From Lepidodermella squamata (taxonomy: Eukaryota > Animalia > Gastrotricha), in the NCBI GenBank assembly GCA_047495785.1, contig JBLDXI010000032.1, positions 4,216,001 to 4,280,000 on the forward strand: a stretch of DNA of 64,000 nt, given 5' to 3'. The notes under the pieces were generated by a model. It had not been told where the DNA came from. It did not search any database and saw only the letters and a list, made by a program, of their open reading frames with translations. The position numbers were made by a program, and so were the translations under genes. Shown here one piece after another: positions 38,768 to 50,200 of the stretch. Position 1 is the first letter of the stretch. Every line of letters starts with the position of its first letter.

Positions 38768-40510
38768 TCAAGTTTTAACATCGGAGAAATCGCTCGGATC
38801 ATACTGCTGAACAGACCAGGGAACGATGCCGAACAAAATGATCGGGGTTAGAATGATACATGAAGCGTACAGAAGGCATGTAAAGCGTTCAACGACAATA
38901 GCCAGGTACTTCCATCTGCGCCTCTGGTGTTGCTTATTATCGGCATTATAGCTTGAAGATGACGAGCTTTCCTCGTTCTGGGCGGACGAATTAACGCTGC
39001 GAGATCTGATTGAATTGTTGTTAATGCTTGGCATAATAACCGCTGGGTACTCGGCATTATTTGAAGTAACCACAGCTATAACGTGTTTTGAAGGTTTATC
39101 CGAATTTTCGGCGATCTCGTGAAAACTATGATCGATTTCAACACTTTGAAGGTCTATCTGATGTGGCCGGTAAGGTATACGTAGAAAACCACCGACCAAC
39201 CTGGCTGTTCTAAAGACATCGTCCGAGACCTCGCGCTTGCTGTTATCGTTGCGAGAAATTCGCATGCAAACGAAATGCAGACCTTGACCGAAAATCAAAA
39301 GCAAAATATAGAGCATTGAGACATCGATATAGATCGACATGATTGAAGTGTGATCAGAGGCTCGCGGCATATCTTCGGCTATTAAAAGTTGGAAAACGCC
39401 GTAGGCCAGGAGACCGGTGAAAGAGACCTCCATTTTGATTTCATGCGGGACCGAGAAAACAGTCAGTTCAGCGAATGATATCACCATACTTGGAACTATT
39501 ATGTTGACCCTATTCGGCAAAAACTAGCTATAAAAATCAGGGAATGATGGTCATCGGTTTACCAGTAATAAGCAGTCTTCCTTCGGTAGACTAGCTCGAA
39601 TGTTATCTGATTTTAATGAATATCATTAAATTATTAAATTAAATCATCCGCAAATTACATGAGCGTAGTTAGCATCGGTCAAATGGTTTCGAATCGATTG
39701 GTAAGCTCGGCCTCCCAAGTAAGTCCATTGTTCGTTTTCAATCCAGTCTTGTGTTGATATGGCCGGACTGGCGAGTTGAAACTGCTGAATTTCCACAGTG
39801 GAATGCCAACTTTCAAACTCGAGTTCACAGATTTGGGTATCGAACGGAAAGTAGGACATGTCGAGTTTACAAAACGACTCGAACGACCCTGCAATATCAT
39901 GCACTTGATCTTCTATCGCTGTTCATCTCGATTGACCTTACCTCCAGGTCGATACGAAGCTGTTCCGTTGCTGAATATTCGAACCATCTCGCCCTTTCCA
40001 CTTGAGAAATCGTACTTGTGCGGCGCATTGACTAAAGCCAGCTCAGGGGTCCAAGTCTTATCCGCGTCCAGAAATAACGAGTAAACGCACGAGTAAGGCA
40101 TTACGTCCTTCCAGACATGAATTTGATCATTCCAATTCATACTCAAATAACCAGCCAGCGTCACTTTACCCTCTCGTTCTGACTATAGGAAACAAGTTAG
40201 TTTAGGGTGAACAACTTCTGAAGCATCTTTACAATGTTGCTTATCTCGAATAAAGTGAGGCGCATCGTCACATTCACAGGAGTTTGTGTCGTTTTAACCG
40301 GTCTTTCCCAAGATTCAGCTTTTCCGAAAAATTTATCGTATACATCTCTTTCTGTAACTTGTCAAATAACAATTTTTTAGAGACAATTCTTTTCCCGAGT
40401 CGCAAACCTGTTACGTTGTTACATCTGGCCGACAGTTGATATTCATCTGATGATGCGGCTATCAGAGATACAGCAGCAAATAAATTCAACGAATTAAAGA
40501 GACGAATCAT
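38768..40510 (-). CDS. Cys-loop ligand-gated ion channel subunit, nAChR/5-HT3-like, non-alpha (copy 2)
   Basis: Signal peptide MIRLFNSLNLFAAVSLIAAS, Cys-loop CKLDMSYFPFDTQIC, an M1-M2 region identical to copy 1 and the same intron positions. Confidence 0.9.
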
Positions 40511-40579
40511 CAATTTTGTTATTTTTTTAGCAAAAAATGACTGTCCGGTAGTATTCTTGATAGGGGACACGCCCCACGG

Positions 40580-40591
40580 GCTAATATCCGC
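40580..40591 (-). promoter_or_regulatory. Conserved 12-mer GCGGATATTAGC upstream of Cys-loop copy 2
   Basis: Shared with 38717-38728. Here it overlaps an inverted repeat TAATATCC-N9-GGATATTA. Confidence 0.5.
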
Positions 40592-40993
40592 CCTAATAGG
40601 ATATTATTGCTTCATCGGAAGTTGTTAACCTTACAGACAATTTTCGTTTGTCTAACATTAAATTTCGAAATATATTTTTGGCAATAACGGTCTACCATGA
40701 GGCGAGCCGAGGTCGATGTAATTAACAGGTATTCAGACTCCAACGACATCGGCTCAGGTGATGAATGCGCATTTTTAGCCGCTTTACGCTTTAATGACGA
40801 AAGGAAATTTGAGTAAAAATCTGCGTCTCCTTGCGTGGGCAAACAACAGTTCGCAGTAAAAGCAGCCACGATATTATTCATTATGAATGTGTCGCCTACT
40901 CAGTGTCGACAACTCAGTCGAGTACTTAAACGGGAGTGTACCGGATATAGCCGACAATTCATGTTTTTTTCTTGTTTCTGATACCATGAAGTT

Positions 40994-41424
40994 ATGCGGC
41001 CGATTTACTCAACTTTGCTTTTTCTCGTGATTTTCGGCAGCTGGCCCTTGCGAACAGTCGACGGTGTGGCCGTTGTAGAACGGCCTTCGAGGAAGGCAGG
41101 AATAAATAGGCAATTACCCGCAAGGAATCGAACGGTTATTCCAAATCGAACAGAACTTCTCAGTAAGCCGATTACGACTCGATTCGATCTATAAATATAT
41201 TTCGTTTTTTCTTAGAAAAATATGTCATCGAGTTGATTGAACGTCGCCATCCGACTGAGGTCGTCAATATAGTTGGCAACTGGCAAGACAGGTCGCATCG
41301 GCGACGGCGTAGGCTGTGCATGGCTAGGTTCAACTCGGCCACAATTTGCGATCAGAGCTCAGCTTTTTACATATGGGCGAAAAAGGTGGCAAAACACATC
41401 ATGATAAATGGGAAAGCACTTTAG
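40994..41424 (+). CDS. Small secreted C-x9-C/helix family protein P1
   Basis: Signal peptide; phase-1 intron 41163-41215; C-terminus RRRRRLCMARFNSATICDQSSAFYIWAKKVAKHIMINGKAL; AATAAA just downstream. Confidence 0.85.
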
Positions 41425-41752
41425 CTGTAGAGTTTACGGGAATAAAATAATGCCGGATGTCTGGAAATATAATCTAGTTTCGATTTTACCGCGCACATAT
41501 TGATTTTGTTTATTTGAAGCGTTGTTCCCAAATGACAACCCTGCGAATATGTTCATGAGGGGCAAAATGAATCAATCAGTACTATTGAGCTAGAGCGGAC
41601 AAGCGGACACCATCGGGGAGAACACAGACACAGTCACACGGATTGCTGGGAGTAATTTGACGGCACCAGACCAGCCCCCTGCTTCATATAAATATCGAGA
41701 TTTCAGTCCTTGATTGAAGCTATAGTTTTGCTCGTTGAAACTTTTGGATAAA

Positions 41753-42206
41753 ATGAGAGCGAGAATATTACTACCTTGTTTGGTTGTGCCAGTCATACTT
41801 GTGGCATCTGTCTCGGCTGTCACACGTTTGAAACACCTCAAAGCCGAAGCGAGATCGAGGAATTTCAAAGAGTCTAATGGTACGTCAATGCCCTCCTTGA
41901 AAAAGGTATTGCGAAACCCAAACGCAACCCGAACAGACATACTTCGTGAGTTTTCTCAAAACTAAGCCTAGTCCATTTGACTAATAATACTGATCATCAG
42001 GTAGATACGTGGTGAATATGGTGGTGACAAAAAATGCGACGCAGGTAGCCAGGATGCTGGACAGAATTCAAGGCCGAACGAAACAGGCGCGCAATTCCAG
42101 GTGTATGAACCTGTTTAGATCTGGCGCGATTTGCAAACAAAGCACTGCTTTCTACTTGTGGGCAAAGAAGGTGGCTAAAAATATCATGCTCAAGGGACAA
42201 TCCTGA
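41753..42206 (+). CDS. Small secreted C-x9-C/helix family protein P2
   Basis: TATAAA about 65 nt upstream; signal peptide; phase-1 intron 41946-42000; C-terminus RCMNLFRSGAICKQSTAFYLWAKKVAKNIMLKGQS; AATAAA at 42241. Confidence 0.85.
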
Positions 42207-42751
42207 CTGGAACATTTTTCACACCCCTTGAGTATTGCAGAATAAACAGCTAGGAATTTTAGGACGTCTTTATCATAATGATTATGTCTTCTTTCAGTTG
42301 AACTATTCCCGATGACAGGCGAATCTAGATTGATCATGACATTCATCAGTTGCACTGGAAAACTTGTTTACAAGTGATTCACGTCCACTTCAGCGAACCG
42401 AGTGAGACAGTTTGTCGCAAAGGGTGCTTAAATGATGATTGGCTCAATTGAGACCTGCAGGGTTTGCCATCAATCAGCCTTCATTTAGATACAGATCATG
42501 ATGTTTGATCGCTTAATTAAATTTTCGGTGACAGTCGATTTCTGGACGTGTCAGGTCTCTTTTAGAGCGCTAAGACTAGGAGTGATTCGCTCTGCACAAC
42601 ACAGCCTGGAACTTGTCCTAATGATTAGCGTAACTGACAGTTGAAAAATCGTCTCGAATATTGACAATCTAGCCTATATAAGAGAAGTAGCTTATACCAT
42701 AAATTCAACCTCACAACATACATTGTCATAATTGTTATAAAATATGCTGCA

Positions 42752-43132
42752 ATGCTGACTCAAGACTCGGCTATATGTTTTCTCGCCGTGCTTTTCCTCG
42801 CCCTTATGCCTTCGATATGCTGGGCCCCTCCATGTCCAGCGCCAACGCCCAGGCTAACCAAACGCAGCGATGAAGATGATACCAACGAAAAGGCGTTGAA
42901 ACAACGCTATCTGGATTGTCTACGAAACAAAATTTTGACCTTGGTGGAGAAACAGGATTTCGATGGTATTTCAAAGCTGCTAAAATCCACTCGAATTAGC
43001 ATTATTCGACGACGATACGCCAAATGCATGGCCATCTTCAACTCGAAATCAATCTGCGACAACTCGGCTTCGTTTTATATATGGGCCCGTTTGCTGGCCC
43101 GTGATATCATGAAGGGACAAGTCAATATATAA
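42752..43132 (+). CDS. Small secreted C-x9-C/helix family protein P3 (intronless)
   Basis: TATATAA upstream; signal peptide; KR followed by an acidic stretch; C-terminus RRRYAKCMAIFNSKSICDNSASFYIWARLLARDIMKGQVNI. Confidence 0.85.
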   Translation: MLTQDSAICFLAVLFLALMPSICWAPPCPAPTPRLTKRSDEDDTNEKALKQRYLDCLRNKILTLVEKQDFDGISKLLKSTRISIIRRRYAKCMAIFNSKSICDNSASFYIWARLLARDIMKGQVNI

Positions 43133-43544
43133 AAACAATCGAGTTGATGATTTTCATTTGATACACAGCCAGAATGCATTGTTCCCAATAAAAGCGGTTG
43201 TTCGTTTTGGAGTATATGAATCATGATGTTACCTATGGGTGGTCCAAAAATAGCCTAATAAAAGGTATCATGCGGCTAATTGTTTACAACACGAATCATC
43301 CGCGCTTCGCCGAATCGGACAAGTGGCTGATTTGACCGGCAAAGCCACGAAAATAGGTTGTCAAATTGAGGCCGTCGACTTCAAGTGTCGTCCGCCTCCT
43401 TAATTTTGCTACGCTTCAGCGCCTTTGTTACTCACACTAGATAATTTTTCTAATTGCGTCCAGTGCGCGTGATTTAGAATAACAAACATCTGCGTGACAA
43501 ACGGCATTAGCTAAACTGTTCAAGACGAGCGAAATCTGATTATA

Positions 43545-43972
43545 ATGCTGCGACAATTTGTCTTTTTTTTCGCACTTTCCGCCGCCTTCTGTGCTGATGC
43601 CTCCGACAACACAGATCTTGACGAAAGCGCCGCTCGAGCGGTCATGATTGAACTTCCTGACATGAAGAATGCGACCCCGAAATTGTCAACAGCCGACGTT
43701 TTAAGTGAGTTTTCACGCGCAATCATCTCACAATATTGCATTTCCTACTCTGTTTTTTTACGTCATCAGGACAGCGCGTCTTCCAATTAGTGCTTCAGCG
43801 GGACTACGCCAACTTGAAAGCGCTGCTGAAATACAGCCGAGAGAAGGAGCTGAAGAAGCGAATGGCGAAGTGCTTAGCGATTTTCCAGTCGAAAGGAATT
43901 TGCGATCAATCCGCTAGTTTTTACTTGTGGGCGAAAATGGCTGCGGCTGATATAATGAACGGCGAGAGTTAA
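43545..43972 (+). CDS. Small secreted C-x9-C/helix family protein P4
   Basis: Signal peptide; phase-1 intron 43705-43769; C-terminus KKRMAKCLAIFQSKGICDQSASFYLWAKMAAADIMNGES. Confidence 0.85.
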
Positions 43973-44341
43973 ATACAATTTGATATCCAATTTAGGCTGT
44001 ATAGATATTACTATGTATGTGGGAGTATCGTATGAATAAAACATTTCAAAATCACTATTACGACATTTAAAGCTGCGATAATTTATTTTTATTTTACTCA
44101 TTAATACTTTCTCACCTCGATTTGCATTTTTTAATGGCAGAGAAGGCTGAAGAGATCACACCCGCGTGAATCGTGACCACAAATTAACGCGCGACAAAAC
44201 ATTTCAGCCATTAGACTGAAACTTGAGATTCGATTAGTCTAAACACGAAAATCCGGCGGGAATATTTGCAATTTTCATTAGCGTGACAGATGTCATCTTT
44301 GATAGTCTTATCCGATCATTTTTGTTAGGAATTTAAACGCG

Positions 44342-44775
44342 ATGAAATCGGCACATCCCGCCTTCATCGGGATTTTTCTAACAATTATCGCCAGCCTATC
44401 ATCGGCAGAAGGCAATCAACGAGTTACCGGCCAGAAACAGATCATCGATGCGCTTGATAAAACATCTTTTTCCGAGCAGCGGATTGAAGAAATCAGTGAG
44501 TTACCCCATATTTCTATATTATTAAGTCTAAAACTCCTTTTCATTTCATAGAAGCTAATATTGCCCACTTGGTGAAAATAGAAGACCTGGCGTCGCTCTT
44601 GAAGCTGGTCGAGTATCTTGAATCATCGTCCTCGCGAAAAAAGTATCGCAAGTGTATGGAAACCGTAAAATCACCGCGCGTATGCAAACGAAGCGCCCAA
44701 CTTTACAACTGGGCTAAGGATGTTACGCGCAATTTGTTGAAAGACCGCCTAGAAAAGGTCAAAGAGCCAGCATGA
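44342..44775 (+). CDS. Small secreted C-x9-C/helix family protein P5 (most divergent)
   Basis: Signal peptide; phase-1 intron 44496-44551; C-terminus RKKYRKCMETVKSPRVCKRSAQLYNWAKDVTRNLLKDRLEKVKEPA. Confidence 0.8.
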
Positions 44776-44840
44776 GATGCCCGGATGTAACTCCGTCAGC
44801 AATATCATCCAATTTTTTCACAAATAAAGCTTTTATTTTG

Positions 44841-46187
44841 TCAGTTATTTTTGAATTTTCGAGCTAGAAAAATTCCTAACGCAACCGGAGCAAGAATAGG
44901 CGAAAGTGCGACGGCTAGCGGTGCGACGCCGATGAGTAGGCCGGCCGTCACGGCTGACTGCGCAGCTATGCGCCGCCGCTTCGACGGCCACAGCTTCGAG
45001 CAAGAGACAACAGGCAGTAGGCGGTATTGAGCATTCAGGTGGATGGTGTGCACGAAATCGAAGCCGTAGCGCTTGCCGCACGAGTAACACCACTCGGCGC
45101 CGCACACGCAAGTCATGTGCGCGCATCCGCCCGAGTGCGTCACGGGTATAGCGCATGAGGGACATCGCCGGCAATTCTAAAAATAGCAGAAACGTGCTGA
45201 AATCGATATCAAATAGGAAATTCATACAGGAAGATCAGGTCTGTTTCGATGCTTCTGCCGAGCCCATTTCTCGAAGCCGACTCGTGTTGCTGTTAACTGC
45301 TGACAAGTCACGTTCGGGTGATCAGGAAGCCCGCAAGTTCCGCAAAAATGATGCTTGCACCGGAGGCAATCAAACGGCATGCCGCCTCTCTTTTTCCTCT
45401 GTTTTTTATAGCTTTTAAGCGATGCTTTGTCCTGCTGGTCGAGTTTTCGAACCAAATCTAGGCAAACGGGGCACCGTATAGCCTGGGTGGCTAAGTGGCC
45501 CGGTGATCGAATTAGGTTCATATCTTCGGGTGACGTAGACGCCAACGCCTCGCCATAGGGCACAAATTTGTTACAGGAGAAGCATCGCAGCTCATAACTT
45601 CCAGTCAATTTCAGCTCAATCGACTTGTTTTCAGCCGTTTGTCTGACGTAGCTTTGCCAGCAATGTTGGCAAATCGATGTATGCCGGCAACAAGGAGGTC
45701 GCTTTGTGAACCGGCAGCTAGCAGAACAAATTCCGCAGTTGGAAAACTGCCATTCGACATTATCCGAATCAGTATAGCGAAAGTTGAGTTGAAGCCGCCG
45801 AGATCGCTCATTTTGCGTCCACGTGAGCATAGCCGAGAGTAAGGAATTGAGTCGATAGCCACGCTTTGTGTTAATCGCGTGAAGACGGCGGCCGAAAGGC
45901 GTTAATTTACTCCTAATATCGTGATTGTTGCTTTGAAGGCGCAGGTAGGCCATAGTCTGGCAGCAAGATGAGGCAAGGTGCTCCTCCTTAATAATTCCGG
46001 CGAGAGGGTCGTCTTCACGTGAAAGACATTCGTGGAGAGTTTCCTCGCAACTCCCGTTGTCATCGTCAATCTCTAAATTCTGGCCATCAAAAACCAAGGT
46101 TCCAAAGAAGTCTTCTAAGCTCTGAGACCGATACAGCAATGGATGAGCCGGCTGTTGAGCCGAGGATTCTTCAGGACTGTTTTGCAT
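44841..46187 (-). CDS. RBR (RING1-IBR-RING2) E3 ubiquitin ligase with C-terminal membrane anchor, RNF217/RNF144-like
   Basis: RING1 CGIC...CCRH..ICQHC...CFSC; IBR CPVC...CLRCKHHFCGTCGLPDH...C. After one intron near 45178-45229 comes RING2 CPSC...GGCAHMTCVCGAEWCYSC with the catalytic Cys, then a hydrophobic tail. Confidence 0.85.
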
Positions 46188-47253
46188 TGTTTTTTAGAAA
46201 ACCGCAATAAATTAGCCGTCATAAAAATTGTATTTCAAGACATATAATGAAGAGAGTGTAATTGTAAATGAATAGGTGCGATTTAGTGCATTCATGAAGA
46301 GTGGCCAGTAAGTATGGGCTGAGCCGTGCGCGCTGACATTAATACAGCGTAGAGGTACGTGCGGTGATAAAAGACGCTACTTTTTACGTGTATTTCATTG
46401 AATGCGCCCGCTGCGCATAATAATATTTATTTTTACGCGTGCCTATGCGCGACCGGTGCTGTTGCTGCTGCTGCGGCGATGTCGATACTAGCCGGTTGCC
46501 ATGACGGAGCGGCTGTCTGCACTTGCGGCTGGCCATTGCTGATGAGTGGTCTGTGTTTCTTTTCGTTTTTCACTGCTCGGCCCATGAGGATGATGGCGAC
46601 GATACGCGCCAGCAGTTCTTGAGCGCGCAAGTGTGGTCAAGTAGCACTTGAAGTGATTTGTAATTGAGATGAAAGAGCGCGTATAAAAAGAAAAACAGGT
46701 GGTGTCGCGCGCCGGTCACTTGGCTCAGCGGCTAAACTGTGTGGATAAGCGGCGCACATTTTCGGCCTCAAACTGGAAATCCGGCCATTTTCCACGCTCG
46801 AAAACATTGCAGTGCCACCTGAGAGTTAGCTAGTTCGAGTAAACAACCGCAGAGATTTGCAAGGTTGAGAAATGAATGTAAAGGAGGTCATCTCAACCAC
46901 AAACCTCTACGATGACGAGCCCACGAATCTCCAAAAACGAAAATGAGCTAAAATGCCGAGTTTACGAGCGGAAATTTTAATCGGTTTTCATATCGCTGCT
47001 TCCTTGAATCGAGTTGCAGTAGCTTACCGTCACCGATTGTCGTTTCGGCACCCGTTTTGGGGAGCGAAAACGCAGATTCCCCACTCAGAAACGGGCCCGA
47101 GGCTATAAATAGAAAAAGCGAATGACGCAGTAAAAGATCGACCACATTGAATACAATGCTGTTATCACGTTATTTCAACCCATGCAACAGAATAGTGTAA
47201 AGTCCTCAATATAAGCCATAGCAGAACATGAGCTTGGAGCAGTTATAGTTAAT

Positions 47254-50200
47254 ATGAAGGTTTTAAAATTTCACTTCGCGTTCATCTGCAGTGTTACGTT
47301 AATAAGCTTAATTCAGGTGACCTATTTTCGAAAATATTTGACCTGTCGACGCAATTTTCCGATTTTATAGGCGCAACCGAAAGCTTCATGCTTATTAGAA
47401 TGTCTAAATGTCGATGGTAACACGGAGTGTATAACGCAATCTTTGCGCTGTAATGGCTACCCGCAATGCGAGGACGAATCTGATGAAGTTGGCAGAAAAA
47501 ACTGAATTTTAGATTTCAATTAGGAGTTTTGCTTTTCAGAAAAACTGCACGTCATGCACAGTTGGTGGGTTCCTGTGCAAAAACAAGAAATGCGTCAAAA
47601 CAGCAAGTTCGAAGCCAGAACGTCAAGAAAATTGCGAATTCAGTGATTTTATTTTGATTTACAGATACGAGGTGCGACATGGCAGGTGAGTAGAACTTAT
47701 CTATAGAATATCACCCATCTTGAATCTTTGATTCAATCGAGATGATTGCGGCGATCTTTCTGACGAGGTAGAATTCACTTTCTCATCGAAATAATTTTTC
47801 TCAACATTATTCAATTAAGTACAACTGCACCTGCGCTTATTTTCAATTTAAATGCGCCAATACCCGATGCATTTTGAATGATAACAAATGTAACGGTGAT
47901 GATGATTGCGGCGATGGATCAGACGAAAGCCCAGCATTGTGCACGCCCTGTCCGCCTGATCGATTTCAATGCAAAGCTCGAGCCCGATGCATTTATTCAA
48001 GACAAAAATGCGACGGGCAACAGGTAGCTTCGAAGATCTTTCACAAGTTTTTAATAGGTAGCTGTCGATATTTCCAATTTTCAAGGACTGTGGGGATAAC
48101 AGCGACGAGACAGACTGCAGCAGGTACTCATAATTAGTTTTTCCGAGGGAGATCACTAATTTCTTTTATGGCCGTGTAAAGTTGCTCAGCGAAAGGTTTA
48201 TATCAATGTAAAAATGGAAACTGCACGGCGATGTATAACAAATGCGACGGAAAAAATGATTGCGGCGATTTTTCGGATGAGGGTAAAAAAATCTTCAAAA
48301 TTTCAATTGCTAAGAAAGCCTGTTCATTTGTAGGTTTCGCTGCTAATTGCACTTGTTTCAAGGACAGAAATTTTGCGTCAACCTTAACTGCGATGACAAC
48401 TACCCCTCGGAGTGATGATGTTTCGGTGGTGACCGCCTCGCCGAGATATGTAGACACGTCGGCTTTCGTTTGTCCCGTCTCTGGCATGTGCATTCATCAT
48501 GACCTAAAGGTCAGTCCATCTCTTTTACGCATCAATGAATCAATTAATTTTTTATCCAGTGCAACGGTATAAATGATTGCGGCGACGCTGAACCGGGTTC
48601 AGACGAAAAAGACTGCCCACCGTGCCCGGCTGATACGTTCATGTGCCGGCAAGCTTCTGACAACTCAAAGTTCAGGAGGTGCGCCCCGAACAAATTTTGG
48701 TGCGACGGCGAAGTCGACTGCGCAGATGGCATCGACGAGGCGAACTGCGCGAAAAATCTGACGTAATTAATGGTCGAATTCCTAGAAAAATGCGTGTCTT
48801 TAAAATGAGGTCATTATCATCAGGTGCCCACCAGGCCGATTTCGATGCGGCGGCGGGCTCTGCATCAACGATAATTTTCGATGCAATGGAATCGCTGGTG
48901 AGATGCCCAAGTTGTATCATGGGTGCCTTCTATAATTTTCATTGCCCAGATTGCCGTGATGAAAGCGATGAGAAGAACTGTACAACTTGCCCGAATGGTA
49001 AGTTCAAATGCGGCCAGTGGTGTTTGCCGAACAACTACGTCTGCGATGGCTTCCTGCGATGCCCGGATGGCAGCGACGAGAAAAACTGCTCAGCCTGCGC
49101 GAACGATCGGTTATTCCTGTGCAAGACGTCAAAAATATGCATCCTAAAGGCGCTTCGATGCAACGGTAAGGCTAACGAATGCGGCCCGAGTGATAACTCG
49201 GATGAAGAGGGATGCGCCGAAGACAAGAATGGATGTGCTCCGTCGATGTTTCGCTGCTCGAATGGCACATGTATCTGGCAGAACTTTCTCTGCGATGGTG
49301 TCAAGGGTACGTCTATATTAACTCATTCCTGCTACAGTAAGGTCGATTTTCATTCAATTTTTAGATTGCTTGGACGGCCGCGATGAACTCGGTTGCAGGA
49401 AATGCTCGAATTCACAATTTACATGCTCGAATGGCGAGTGCATCGATAGCGACTGCAAGTTTACCTCGTTCGTTAGATTTCGTTTCATCATTCAAACGCT
49501 CTCCCAGACCGTTGCGATGGCAAAAGAAACTGCCGAGATGGCAGCGACGAAATGGCTTGCACGACATGCCCTGATGTTGGAGCCGTTCGTGGCTTCAGGT
49601 GCAAAAATGGCGCCTGCCTCAACATGTACCAGCGATGTGACGGTTGGCCGAATTTTCGTAATACGTTCGCAATATTTGACCAGTAAATTCAGGCGTGAAG
49701 AATTGCCAAGACGGTAGCGATGAGGATGGGTGTTCTGGTCAGTGTCAGAGGGGCTTTTCGAAATGCGCTAATAGCTCTCGCTGTATTGATGATCGGCGAA
49801 TTTGTGACGGAGTTGACAATTGTGGTGACAACAGCGATGAGGTAGTGATATAGATTTTCAAGTTTTAAAGTACTCGAGCATGTTTTTTCATCAGTTGAAC
49901 TGTAAGGCCCAAAATGATTGCTCTGGTCTGTCTTCTGGTCCGATGGCTGGCCATCACGGCGGGGCATCGGATGCCGACTGGATATTTCAGTGCCCGTCTG
50001 GAAAATGCCTGGCAATTGACTTCCGGTGCAATGGGTTAGCTTATCAGCTCACCTCATCCTTCAATATGCCTTACATGTTAATAGGAAGAACGACTGCGGG
50101 GATGGGGCCGATGAGAGGAACTGCACGGAGTGTTCGGAAGATTCATTTCGGTGTAGGAACAACACGTGCATCCCGCTGTCACAGCGATGCGATGGCTTCA

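Noticed and set aside
40612-40881. 89-aa minus-strand ORF as a sixth peptide gene
   Set aside because: No signal peptide, no C-x9-C motif, and opposite strand.
41300-44760. Calling the peptides calcitonin/DH31-like or amidated neuropeptides
   Set aside because: The ring is C-x9-C, there is no terminal Pro-amide, and the conserved Gly is followed by a basic residue only in P1.
46398-47145. Short ORFs between the RBR ligase and the LDLa gene
   Set aside because: Low-complexity, with no motif or splice support; more likely divergent promoter or UTR.
47603-47608. Apparent GC donor (ACA|GCAAGT) in the LDLa gene
   Set aside because: Wrong phase. The GT at 47607 fits the acceptor at 47664.
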